This document shows positions 50,187 to 60,383 of a stretch of 64,000 nt of DNA, in pieces (the first letter of the stretch is position 1; each line of letters opens with the position of its first letter). Location of the stretch: contig JAZKHS010000005.1 in NCBI GenBank assembly GCA_040385265.1, positions 7,914 through 71,913 on the forward strand, written 5' to 3'. The translations under genes and the position numbers were made by a program. The notes below the pieces were generated by a model, which worked only from the letters and a program-made list of their open reading frames with translations, was not told the origin of the DNA and did no database searches. Origin of the DNA: Pseudomonadota bacterium. Lineage in GTDB: Bacteria > Pseudomonadota > Gammaproteobacteria > Pseudomonadales > Moraxellaceae.

Positions 50187-53100
50187 ATGCGCAGCACAAT
50201 GAAGGTTTTGCCCTGGAAGCAGCGCCTGCTGGCTTCGGCCCTGGCGTTTGGTTACTGCACGCTGGGGGTTGCCCCAGTCTACGCCAGCGACACAGAGGTA
50301 TATTCGCGCGTCGAAGTCATCGACAGCGCGGATGCCAAGCCCGTGATGATGATGTTGCTGGATTCCTCCGAGTTGATGCGCGCTTGTATCGGCACGGCCG
50401 GCACCAGCTCCGGGCCGACGGCCGCTTGCGCCACGCCGGAGAATTCGCGCATCGCCATCATGCGGCGGGCCATGAACCGTGTGCTCTTCGGCAACCCTGT
50501 CGCGGCGTCGTCCTTGCCGGTCATCAAGCCGGCGCCGGGCTTCATCAACCTGGGTTACGCCCGCTTCATTCCGGAAGGCAATAACGGCGCCTGGGTCCGC
50601 TACCCGGCCCGCAAGCTGGACTCGGTGGTGTACGAGGCCACCAACAGCGATGGCACCACTACCTTCGCGGGCTTCGAGGACGTCGAGGCCCAGCCCGAGG
50701 TCCTGACCTCCGCCTCTGATGCCCAAGCCGCCGTCGCCGGGGTCACCACTCTCCTGAACCTCACGACGACCACGGCGACCATAGGCAATGGCAATCCGGA
50801 AGTATTCCTGCGCTTCCAGGACCTCTATGTGCCACGTGGCGCCCTCATCAACGAAGCCAAGCTGATCATGACGCCCTCGGCCTCCGGCAGTGGCCAGGCA
50901 CCGGACGTCTATGTCGCCGTGGAAAACACCGGCAATGCCGCCGAGTATCCGGCGACGGGCTGGGTCGGGACTGCCCGCGAATTTGTCTCTGAAAGCGGCA
51001 TGACGTCGCCGGCCATCCAGCAGTCAGGCTCCACGGAAACCGGCCTGACGCTGACGGTGACCAGCCAGCTGCAGACGGCGGTGGACAATACCGGGTGGTG
51101 CGGCGGCAATGCGGTCAGCCTGCGCATTCGCTCCGCCGCCACCAACCGCGTGCGCTCCTTCCTGACAAGGGATGGCTCGGCCACCTCGGCGCCTCGCCTG
51201 TATGTGAGGTACACCCTGAAGGCGGGCACCAGCTCGACTGGCGGCAGCATTTCCAGCACCTGTCTCAAGATTCCCATCCATACCGTGCAGCTGGCCAGCC
51301 GCATCTATGACGATATCGAGTGGAATTCGGACAGCACCAGCAACGTGATCCCGACCGGCCAGAAGATGCGCGTGGGCGAAGTCACGTCGACCACCAGCAA
51401 GCGCCAGGCAGCCGTGCGCTTCCAGAACATCGATATCAAGCAGGGCTCGGAGGTTCTGGAGGCATGGCTGTATTCCACGGCCGTTGCCGTGAAAGACGCC
51501 GATACAATGACGCCGGTCATTCGCGCCCAGTCGCTGGGCATGAATCATGTGCCGGCCTTCTGCTCCCGTGCCGCGCTCAGCGACCCTCTCGTGTGCACGC
51601 CACCCGACATTGCCTCGCTGACGCCACTGGTCGCCAGCAGTCTTGACCCCGACTATTCGGACGGCCGCTTCACCATGGTGGCCGCCAATGACGGCGCCCA
51701 CTTTGCCGCCAAGGTCACCAAGCAGGTGCAGGCGGTGATCAGCCGGGGTAGCTGGGCTCCCGGCAATGCCGTAGGCTTCGTGCTGCAGAACGACTCTGAC
51801 CTTGTGGCGGACAGTAGCATCCGCTCCATCTCGGCGGCGGACAATGGCGCATCCAAGGGCCTGGTGCTGCATGTTCGTGCGTTGCAGTCCTTCACGAATC
51901 TTTCGGATGGCCTGCCCAAGACCGTGCGCGAGGATATCCTGCAGGACATGCAGCGCATCATGATTCCGGAAGGCGACACCCCCTTCGGTGACGGCTTCCA
52001 GGAAGTGGGACGCTACCTGCTGGGCAAGCTCGAGAAGGCGGAACAGGACGCGGTGACGGTAAACGGCATCAGCTACCGTGTGCCCGACAAGCGCGTCATG
52101 ACCAAGACCGCCGCCGGCGAGCCGACCAGCACCTATCTGTCGCCGATCGGCAGCGCCGACAAGTGCTCGGCCAACTACATCTTCGCCATGACCTCGGGCG
52201 AGACCAAGAACTCCAATGGCGTGACCACCAAGAGCAACGATCTGACCGGTACCGGCTTCGCCTGCAGCATTACTCCCGGCACCATGAGCTCCACCGAGAA
52301 GACCACCTTCGACGGCATGTGTCAGGTGGCCACCTACCTGGCCACCAAGAGCCCGGACCGTCCCTTTATCCGGACCAATACCGTGCAGTTCAACGGCACC
52401 CCGAGCACGACCATCAGTACCGGCATGGAGCTGGTGGCGGCCAAGGGCGGCCAGGGCAAGTACTACCAGGCGACCGATGAGGCCAGCCTGGTGAACGCCC
52501 TGACCGGTACGGTTGACGCCACCGTGGACGAAGTCGGCAGCATCACGGCGCCCGGCGTGGCCGTGAACCAGTTCAACCGCCTCACCCACCTTGACCAGCT
52601 TTACTACGCCGTATTCGACCCGGATACGGGGCGCAAGCGCTGGCGCGGCAACGTGAAGCGCTATCGACTGGTTTTCCCGGACGACACCACAGTCGAGATC
52701 CGCGGCGTGGACAACAAGAATGCCGTCGACCCCAAGACCTCTTTCTTCTCCTCGGATGCCTACAGCTACTGGTTTGCGGCGCCCTTGGGCGCAGACGATG
52801 ACAAGGACGGCAATCTGGTCAGCAGCGGCGGCGTGGCGCGCTGGCTGCCGCGTCCGCTGGACCGTGTCCTGCTCACCAATCCCTTGGGTGGCACCACCCT
52901 GATGAATATCGCCAGTACCGGGTTCCCGGTCGCCACCGTGCGCGCCGGCATGGGGCTGACGGACGACAACCAGTTCAAGAATGTGCGGGACTGGCTGCTG
53001 GGTTACCAGGTGGGCATCGTGGATACTGCTGTCACACCCAATGTCATCAAGACTACCTATTCGAGCCCGGCCCCGACGACTGCCAAGCCTAACCCGCTAC

Positions 53101-54620
53101 TGCGCAACGAGGTCGGGGGCGTGCTGCATTCGCAGCCGGTGCTGATCAACTACGGCTACTCTGGCACTGCCGATGCCGCCGCGCTCGATCCCAGCCTGCA
53201 GACCAACTATGTGTTCTTCAGTACGCTGGAGGGCATGCTGCATGCGGTCAATGCAAACACGGGCGTCGAGAAGTTTGCCTTCATGCCCCGCGAAACCCTC
53301 GATGTGGCCGACGACCTCATCGTCAATACCAAGCCCGTCGATGGCAACCCGCTGTTCGGCCTTGACCTGACCTGGACCAGCTGGCGCGTCGATGCCAACA
53401 AGGACATGCAGATCAGGTCCGCAGATGGTGACAAGGTCTACATTTTCGGCGGCATGCGCATGGGCGGCAGCAACTATTACGCCATGGACGTGACTGATCT
53501 TGAAAATCCCATTCTGAAGTGGGTCATTACGCCCGCGAGCATCGGCTTCGGCGACCTGGGCCAGACCTGGTCCAAGCCGGTGATGGGCAAGGTGCGCTAT
53601 GGCAGTGTGGTGAAGGATGCTCTGTTCTTTGCCGGTGGCTATGATACCGCGCATGAAAGCTCTACCTACCTGCCGAGCGCCGACACCAAGGGCCGCAAGA
53701 TCTATATCGTCAATCCCGAGACTGGCGCCCTCATCTGGTCCAGCAGCGCCTCGCTGGCCGGCAACGACAACCTGAAGTTCAGCATTCCCAGTGAGCTCAA
53801 GCTGTTCGACGCCAACAAGGATGGCCTGGTGGATGCGGTCTACTTTGGTGACCTGGGGGGGCAGGTGCTCCGCCTGGACATCAATAACAATGCGGCGACG
53901 GCTGCCGCCCTGGGTACCCGCCTGCACCTGCTGGCCAAGGTCGGCCAGACCGTCACGGCGACCACGGTCAACCAGCGCCGCTTCTACGAGCCGCCGGGAG
54001 TGGCCACGCTGCTGAATGCCTCCAATCAAGAGTATGTGGTGGTGGCCATGGGCAGCGGCTATCGCAGCCGTCCGCTGAACAAGGAGATCGAAGATGCCTT
54101 CTACGTGTTCAAGGATACCGATGTGCTGCGCGCTGACCTTGCCACTGCCGCTGCCGACAGCCTGCAGGCGACCATCACGCCGACCGAGCTTGCTCCGGTG
54201 AACCTCAGCGTGATGACGGCCGTCGACATGACCGCGAAGATGGGCTGGATGCTGAACTTCCCTGACACTGAAACCGGCGAGAAGGTGCTGGCCTCGCCGA
54301 TCATCCTCTTCGGGGAAGTGTTCTTCTCGTCCTACATTCCCAAGGTCACCGGCGACAGTGCCTGTTCGCCGGTCATCGGGGCCTCCAACCTGTGGCGCAT
54401 GAACGTGGCGAATGCCGCCGTGTCCGATACCAATGGTGATGGCGTCATCAACAATAATGACCGGGTCACGATGGATATCGTGAAGGGCCTGGGCGGCGCG
54501 CCCCAGCTCATCGTTCTGGAGGGCGGCAAGAACGCCATCCTGGCCGGAACCGGGGCAGACCGTAACAAGGACCTGAGCGGGGCCGGCCTGCGCCGCACCC
54601 GCTGGTACGAGAAGAAGTAA
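50187..54620 (+). CDS. pilY1: PilY1/PilC-family type IV pilus tip adhesin / biogenesis factor (1477 aa)
   Basis: The ORF track gives 50004..54620. The start is at MRSTMKVLPWKQRLLASALAFGYCTLGVAPVYA, a signal peptide. A vWA-like head is followed by a C-terminal PilY1 beta-propeller. The propeller carries the Ca-site-like loops DANKDGLVDAVYFGD (from 53808) and DTNGDGVINNND (from 54426). Confidence 0.88.
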   Translation: MRSTMKVLPWKQRLLASALAFGYCTLGVAPVYASDTEVYSRVEVIDSADAKPVMMMLLDSSELMRACIGTAGTSSGPTAACATPENSRIAIMRRAMNRVLFGNPVAASSLPVIKPAPGFINLGYARFIPEGNNGAWVRYPARKLDSVVYEATNSDGTTTFAGFEDVEAQPEVLTSASDAQAAVAGVTTLLNLTTTTATIGNGNPEVFLRFQDLYVPRGALINEAKLIMTPSASGSGQAPDVYVAVENTGNAAEYPATGWVGTAREFVSESGMTSPAIQQSGSTETGLTLTVTSQLQTAVDNTGWCGGNAVSLRIRSAATNRVRSFLTRDGSATSAPRLYVRYTLKAGTSSTGGSISSTCLKIPIHTVQLASRIYDDIEWNSDSTSNVIPTGQKMRVGEVTSTTSKRQAAVRFQNIDIKQGSEVLEAWLYSTAVAVKDADTMTPVIRAQSLGMNHVPAFCSRAALSDPLVCTPPDIASLTPLVASSLDPDYSDGRFTMVAANDGAHFAAKVTKQVQAVISRGSWAPGNAVGFVLQNDSDLVADSSIRSISAADNGASKGLVLHVRALQSFTNLSDGLPKTVREDILQDMQRIMIPEGDTPFGDGFQEVGRYLLGKLEKAEQDAVTVNGISYRVPDKRVMTKTAAGEPTSTYLSPIGSADKCSANYIFAMTSGETKNSNGVTTKSNDLTGTGFACSITPGTMSSTEKTTFDGMCQVATYLATKSPDRPFIRTNTVQFNGTPSTTISTGMELVAAKGGQGKYYQATDEASLVNALTGTVDATVDEVGSITAPGVAVNQFNRLTHLDQLYYAVFDPDTGRKRWRGNVKRYRLVFPDDTTVEIRGVDNKNAVDPKTSFFSSDAYSYWFAAPLGADDDKDGNLVSSGGVARWLPRPLDRVLLTNPLGGTTLMNIASTGFPVATVRAGMGLTDDNQFKNVRDWLLGYQVGIVDTAVTPNVIKTTYSSPAPTTAKPNPLLRNEVGGVLHSQPVLINYGYSGTADAAALDPSLQTNYVFFSTLEGMLHAVNANTGVEKFAFMPRETLDVADDLIVNTKPVDGNPLFGLDLTWTSWRVDANKDMQIRSADGDKVYIFGGMRMGGSNYYAMDVTDLENPILKWVITPASIGFGDLGQTWSKPVMGKVRYGSVVKDALFFAGGYDTAHESSTYLPSADTKGRKIYIVNPETGALIWSSSASLAGNDNLKFSIPSELKLFDANKDGLVDAVYFGDLGGQVLRLDINNNAATAAALGTRLHLLAKVGQTVTATTVNQRRFYEPPGVATLLNASNQEYVVVAMGSGYRSRPLNKEIEDAFYVFKDTDVLRADLATAAADSLQATITPTELAPVNLSVMTAVDMTAKMGWMLNFPDTETGEKVLASPIILFGEVFFSSYIPKVTGDSACSPVIGASNLWRMNVANAAVSDTNGDGVINNNDRVTMDIVKGLGGAPQLIVLEGGKNAILAGTGADRNKDLSGAGLRRTRWYEKK

Positions 54621-54634
54621 GCTTCATGCCGGAG

Positions 54635-54665
54635 AAAAAGCCCGCCAATGGCGGGCTTTTTCTTT
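54635..54665 (+). terminator. Rho-independent terminator after pilY1
   Basis: AAAAAGCCCGC-CAATG-GCGGGCTTTTT followed by CTTT, 15 nt after the stop. Confidence 0.8.
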
Positions 54666-54762
54666 GGCGAAGTGCTGACGGCAGCAGCGGCCAAGGCGCA
54701 CGTGCCCTGCCGTCCCCCTGGCGCATCCTCATCCGCTCTCAGACGGGCGGGGCGGGGGCGAC

Positions 54763-55329
54763 ATGGCAGGGCGACGCAGCGGCGGGGGCTTCACCCTGCT
54801 GGAGTTGCTGGTAGTGATGATGCTGGGCATGTTGCTGCTGGGCTGGGGCGTGCCGGCGCTGTCGGACTTTGTGAAGGGTATGCGGGTGGGGGCGGCCAGT
54901 GCCCACTTCATCAGCATGCTGGAAACCTTTCGTCACCGCAGCCTGGTGTTGCCCGGCCCGCTCACGATCTGCGGCACCCTGGATGGCGTACGCTGCAATC
55001 GCCTGGAGGGGCGCCGCCTGGTGGTCTTCGAGGATGGCAACGGCAATGGTGCCGTGGATGCAGGCGAACGGGTGCAATTGCAGGAGGAGTTTCTGGACAG
55101 CGAGGAGTTCTGGCTGGTCTGGCGGTCCTTCCAGAACAAGGATTATCTGCGCTGGGCGGCGGGACGTACCGACAGCATGAATGGCACCTTTACGCTGTGC
55201 AACCGGCGCCGCAAGAACGAGTGGCTGCGCCAGGTGGTGGTCAACCGCGCCGCCCGCACGCGCATGGTGCGGCCGGCGCAGCAGGGCGGCGCGGCGCTGC
55301 AGTCTGCGCGCCGGAGCTGCGGCTGGTAA
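54763..55329 (+). CDS. Second GspH/FimT-family minor pseudopilin (FimT-like)
   Basis: 188 aa with the leader MAGRRSGG/GFTLLELLVVMMLGMLLLG. The body is GspH-like, with GTFTLCNRR near the C-terminus. Confidence 0.75.
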   Translation: MAGRRSGGGFTLLELLVVMMLGMLLLGWGVPALSDFVKGMRVGAASAHFISMLETFRHRSLVLPGPLTICGTLDGVRCNRLEGRRLVVFEDGNGNGAVDAGERVQLQEEFLDSEEFWLVWRSFQNKDYLRWAAGRTDSMNGTFTLCNRRRKNEWLRQVVVNRAARTRMVRPAQQGGAALQSARRSCGW

Positions 55330-55335
55330 CCACCG

Positions 55336-55821
55336 TCACTTCCAGGTGGGGTCGGTACCGATAACGCAGGGGGTGGCCGTGACAGCGAGGGCCTTGTAGC
55401 ACTTCTGGCCCAGGTGGTTGATCTTGAGCGTTTCGGTCTGGCCCCTCGTGAAGTTGTCGGTGGACGTCGCCAGGATTTCAAAGCCTGCGATGGCCTGGGT
55501 GCCGGTGATGCTGGTGCCGGCGCTATTCAGGAAGGTAAGGCTGACATCGTACTTCTGCAGGCCGGCCTCGGCATCGACGGGAGACCGGCTGGAGATGGTC
55601 GCGGTGCCGGTGCCGGCGGTGGCGCCCGAATAGCTGAAATTCTGGCCCTTGTGCCGCTCCATGGCGCCGGCGGCCGCCATCAGGTCGGCCTGGACATTGG
55701 CACGCGCGGAACGTTGCAGGTATCCGGAATAGGCGGGCACCGCCATCATGGCCAGGATCCCCACTAGGGCCACCGCAATCATCAGCTCCATCAGCGTGAA
55801 GCCAGTTTCTTGTTTTTTCAT
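55336..55821 (-). CDS. pilE: Type IV pilin-like protein PilE
   Basis: The ORF track gives 55336..55848. The start is at MKKQETG/FTLMELMIAVALVGILAMMAVPAYSGYLQRS. A C-terminal disulfide loop is suggested by CYKALAVTATPC. 161 aa. Confidence 0.85.
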   Translation of the reverse strand: MKKQETGFTLMELMIAVALVGILAMMAVPAYSGYLQRSARANVQADLMAAAGAMERHKGQNFSYSGATAGTGTATISSRSPVDAEAGLQKYDVSLTFLNSAGTSITGTQAIAGFEILATSTDNFTRGQTETLKINHLGQKCYKALAVTATPCVIGTDPTWK

Positions 55822-55917
55822 GCCAGCGATACCTTTATCATGAGCCAAGAGGGTGAGCGCCCATTTATATGATGAGCTTATCCGCTCATGCCCGCCTCAG
55901 CAATTGCGTGATCTGCG

Positions 55918-57036
55918 ATGTCCCGCCCAACCGTTCTTGCTTCCTCTCCCCTTGCCCTGCCGGCCGACGTGATCGTGGTCGGGGGTGGCGTGCTAGGCAT
56001 GTTGAGTGCTCGCGAGCTGGCCCTGGCCGGCCGGCGCGTCACCCTGCTGGAGCGAGGCCATACCGGGCAGGAGGCCTCCTGGGCGGGCGGCGGCATCGTC
56101 TCGCCACTTTATCCCTGGCGCTATCCCGATCCCGTGACCGCCCTCGCAATCCCGGCCATGGCGGCCTATGCCGCGCTGGCGCTGGCGCTGCGCGAGGAAA
56201 CCGGTATCGATCCCGAGCTCTTTGCCTGCGGCATGCTGATGCTGGACGCCGATGACGAGACCGAGGCCCTGGACTGGGCGCGCCATCACGGGCGCCAGGT
56301 GCTGCCGGAAACGGCCGCCGACTGCCAGCGTCGCCTGCCGGGCCTGGCGCCGCACTGGCGTCGTGGCCTCTGGATGCCCTCGGTCGCCAATATCCGCAAT
56401 CCGCGCCTGCTGCAGGCGCTGCGGGCTTCCTTGCTGAAGTCGGGCGTCGATATCCGGGAGCAGTCGGAAGTGGCGTCGTGGCAGCGCGACGGCGGCCGCG
56501 TCACGGCGGCGGTGACGACCGATGGCCGCGTCTTCGGCGCGGCGGACTTCGTGGTCTGCGGGGGCGCCTGGAGCAGCCAGCTGCTGGCGGCGGCAGGACC
56601 GTCCGTGAGTGTGCGGCCGGTGCGCGGGCAGATGCTGCTGTACAGGCCCGCCAGCGTGCCGCCCTGCATCGTGCTCGCCGAGGGCCGCTATGTGATTCCG
56701 CGTCGCGATGGGCATGTGCTGTGCGGTTCGACGCTCGAGGAAACCGGTTTCGACAAGTCGACGACGGCGGAGGCGCTGGCCAGCCTGGCGGCGTCGGCGG
56801 CGCGGTTGTGGCCGGCACTGGCCGCGGAGCAGCCGGTGCTGCAGTGGGCCGGCCTGCGCCCGGCGGCCCCCGGGGGCATTCCCTATATCGGGCCGGTGCC
56901 GGGGCAGGACAACCTGTGGGTGAATGCGGGCCAGTTTCGCAATGGCCTGGTGCTGGCGCCGGCGTCGGCGCGCCTGCTCGCCGACCTCCTGCTGGGGCGG
57001 CCGGCGAGCATCGATCCCGCCCCCTACCGGCCTTGA
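55918..57036 (+). CDS. FAD-dependent oxidoreductase, ThiO / D-amino-acid-oxidase-like
   Basis: 372 aa with an N-terminal Rossmann motif DVIVVGGGVLGMLSARELALAGRRVTLLERG and a DAO-family body. A similar oxidase sits next to pilR in P. aeruginosa (from memory). Confidence 0.75.
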   Translation: MSRPTVLASSPLALPADVIVVGGGVLGMLSARELALAGRRVTLLERGHTGQEASWAGGGIVSPLYPWRYPDPVTALAIPAMAAYAALALALREETGIDPELFACGMLMLDADDETEALDWARHHGRQVLPETAADCQRRLPGLAPHWRRGLWMPSVANIRNPRLLQALRASLLKSGVDIREQSEVASWQRDGGRVTAAVTTDGRVFGAADFVVCGGAWSSQLLAAAGPSVSVRPVRGQMLLYRPASVPPCIVLAEGRYVIPRRDGHVLCGSTLEETGFDKSTTAEALASLAASAARLWPALAAEQPVLQWAGLRPAAPGGIPYIGPVPGQDNLWVNAGQFRNGLVLAPASARLLADLLLGRPASIDPAPYRP

Positions 57037-57046
57037 GGCGCTGGCC

Positions 57047-58423
<1,377 letters not shown>

Positions 58424-58433
58424 GTCTTTTTTC

Positions 58434-60038
58434 TTACGTCAGGCGGTCAGGGTGCGCAAAGGTGATGCGGAAGCAGGCGCCGTGCTCTCCCGGAATATAA
58501 TCCAGTCGGGACTGGTTGGCCTCACAGATCTCGCGGGAAAGATAGAGTCCAAGGCCGGTGCCCTGGCTTTCAGTGGTGAAGAAGGGCTCGAACAGGTGGT
58601 GACGTTCGTCCGCGGGTACGCCGCGGCCACTGTCGATGACATCGATGTAGGGCAGGGCCATGGGCTCCAGGCGGCCCGCCTCCAGGCGCACCCAGGCGCG
58701 GCCACTGTGCTTGGTGCTATAGCGCAGGCCGTTGCCCACCAGATTGGTCAGCACCTGCCGCAATTGCTCGGGGTCGAAGCGGACCAGTAGCCCGGGCTCC
58801 GGCGGGTGGATCTCGATTTCCGCGTCCTGCCGGGACGGCCCCAGGTAGTCCTCGCGGAACTGCAGCAGCCACTCCTCGAGTTCGAAGGTCTGCGGGCTCG
58901 TAGGTTGGCGGCGCGACACGCTGAGGACGTTTTCGATAATGGCGTTCACGCGGCGGCAATGCTGCTCGATGATCTCCAGCAGGCGGCGATCCCCGCCGGT
59001 GATGACGGGGGACTCCGCCAGCAGCTGGGTGGCGTGGCTGATGGCGCCGAGCGGATTGCGCACTTCGTGCGCGATGCTGGCGGTGAGGCGGCCCAGTGAC
59101 CCCAGCTTCAGCTTCTGGGCCTGCTGGGCGAGCTGGCTGTTGTCTTCCAGGAACAGCAGGACGGGCCCGCCGTTGCCGGCCTGTGGACTCAGGCGCGCGA
59201 AGTTGACGGTGATCTCGGGGCTTTCCGCGGTGTTCTTGAAGGGGATGGAGCGCATGCCCGGATTGGTCTGCCAGACGTGCAAGGCGCCTTCCAGCAGCAG
59301 CGAGACATTGGCCAGCTCGGCAAACGCCGGGATGGGGCGGGGCAGGCCCAGCAGTTGCTGGCTGGCATTGTTGCTGAGCAGGATGCGGCGCTCGGCGCTG
59401 ACGGCGAGGATGCCCGTGCGCAGGCGGCGAATGATCTGCTCGTTGAGGTGCTGCAGGTCGGCGATGTCGCGGGCGCGGCGCTCGGCCAGCTCTTCGCCCT
59501 GGCGCATGCGCTGCACGATGAGTTGGCTGAACATGGCCACGGCAAAGAAGCTGACGCCGAGGATCGAGGACTGCAGCAGTGCCAGCGCCGAAACCGGCTG
59601 GTCGTAGCTGAGCGAGAAATAGAATTGCTCGTAGAGGATGCCGAGGGCGGCGACGGCGGCAATCAGGGCGCCGAGGCGGCCGGACAGCAGGATGTTGCCG
59701 GCCGCGATGGTGACGAGGAACAGCATGCTGAGCTGGGTGTTGAGACCGCCGCTGGCATGCGTCATCAGGGTCAGCACCAGTACATCCACCAGCAGCAGGA
59801 TGAGGCTGAAGGGCGCCACCTGGCGTCTGGGCTTGGCCAGGAAAAGGGACGCGGAGATGGTGGTGACGAGGTAGCCGAGGCCTGTGGCCAGGAACAGGGG
59901 GGGGCTGCTGCCGCCCAGCATGGGCAGCAGCGACTGCAGGACAAACAATCCCAGCAGCAGGATGGAGAGGAGCAGGCGATACCAGGCGTAGATGCGCAGC
60001 AGGCGCCAGTCTTCGTGGTCCTTGCGCGTGAGCTCCAC
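58434..60038 (-). CDS. pilS: Sensor histidine kinase PilS
   Basis: 534 aa. It has an N-terminal domain of about 6 TM helices, an H-box (ASIAHEVRNPLGAI) and an HATPase N/G-box (VLTNLVGNGLRY, GTGLGLYLSREI). It lies directly upstream of pilR. Confidence 0.92.
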   Translation of the reverse strand: MELTRKDHEDWRLLRIYAWYRLLLSILLLGLFVLQSLLPMLGGSSPPLFLATGLGYLVTTISASLFLAKPRRQVAPFSLILLLVDVLVLTLMTHASGGLNTQLSMLFLVTIAAGNILLSGRLGALIAAVAALGILYEQFYFSLSYDQPVSALALLQSSILGVSFFAVAMFSQLIVQRMRQGEELAERRARDIADLQHLNEQIIRRLRTGILAVSAERRILLSNNASQQLLGLPRPIPAFAELANVSLLLEGALHVWQTNPGMRSIPFKNTAESPEITVNFARLSPQAGNGGPVLLFLEDNSQLAQQAQKLKLGSLGRLTASIAHEVRNPLGAISHATQLLAESPVITGGDRRLLEIIEQHCRRVNAIIENVLSVSRRQPTSPQTFELEEWLLQFREDYLGPSRQDAEIEIHPPEPGLLVRFDPEQLRQVLTNLVGNGLRYSTKHSGRAWVRLEAGRLEPMALPYIDVIDSGRGVPADERHHLFEPFFTTESQGTGLGLYLSREICEANQSRLDYIPGEHGACFRITFAHPDRLT

Positions 60039-60039
60039 G

Positions 60040-60291
60040 TCAGTGCTGCTCGCGGACCCAGGCGTCCCGGTGGGCTTCGCAGCAGAAGTACTGGCCGCGG
60101 GACTGGGTGCTTTCGCCCTCGGGGATATGGACCTGGCACAGGGCGCAGCGACGCATCACGCCGCTGCTGGGGGCGGCTCCGGGGCTGGCCGGCCCCGGGG
60201 CCTGGCGGGGCAGGGCGGACTTGCCCTGCAGGAGGCGGAACACAACCCAGGCGACGACACCCAGGATGATCAGTTGCAGCAGCTTGCCCAT
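60040..60291 (-). CDS. Small TM-anchored zinc-finger-like protein (resembles the 'PP0621 family', from memory)
   Basis: 83 aa. It has an N-terminal TM helix (LLQLIILGVVAWVVFRLL), a Pro/Ala linker, and then RRCALCQVHIPEGESTQSRGQYFCCEAHRDAW (CxxC...CCxxH). Its stop lies 1 nt before the pilS ATG. Confidence 0.7.
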   Translation of the reverse strand: MGKLLQLIILGVVAWVVFRLLQGKSALPRQAPGPASPGAAPSSGVMRRCALCQVHIPEGESTQSRGQYFCCEAHRDAWVREQH

Positions 60292-60383
60292 GGCGTTGTC
60301 CTGGCGGGAGGGGCCCCTGGTGGATATGGAATTGCAGCGCCCTAGTCTATCCTATGCACCCCTTCGTTACGCCAGATGCCGCC

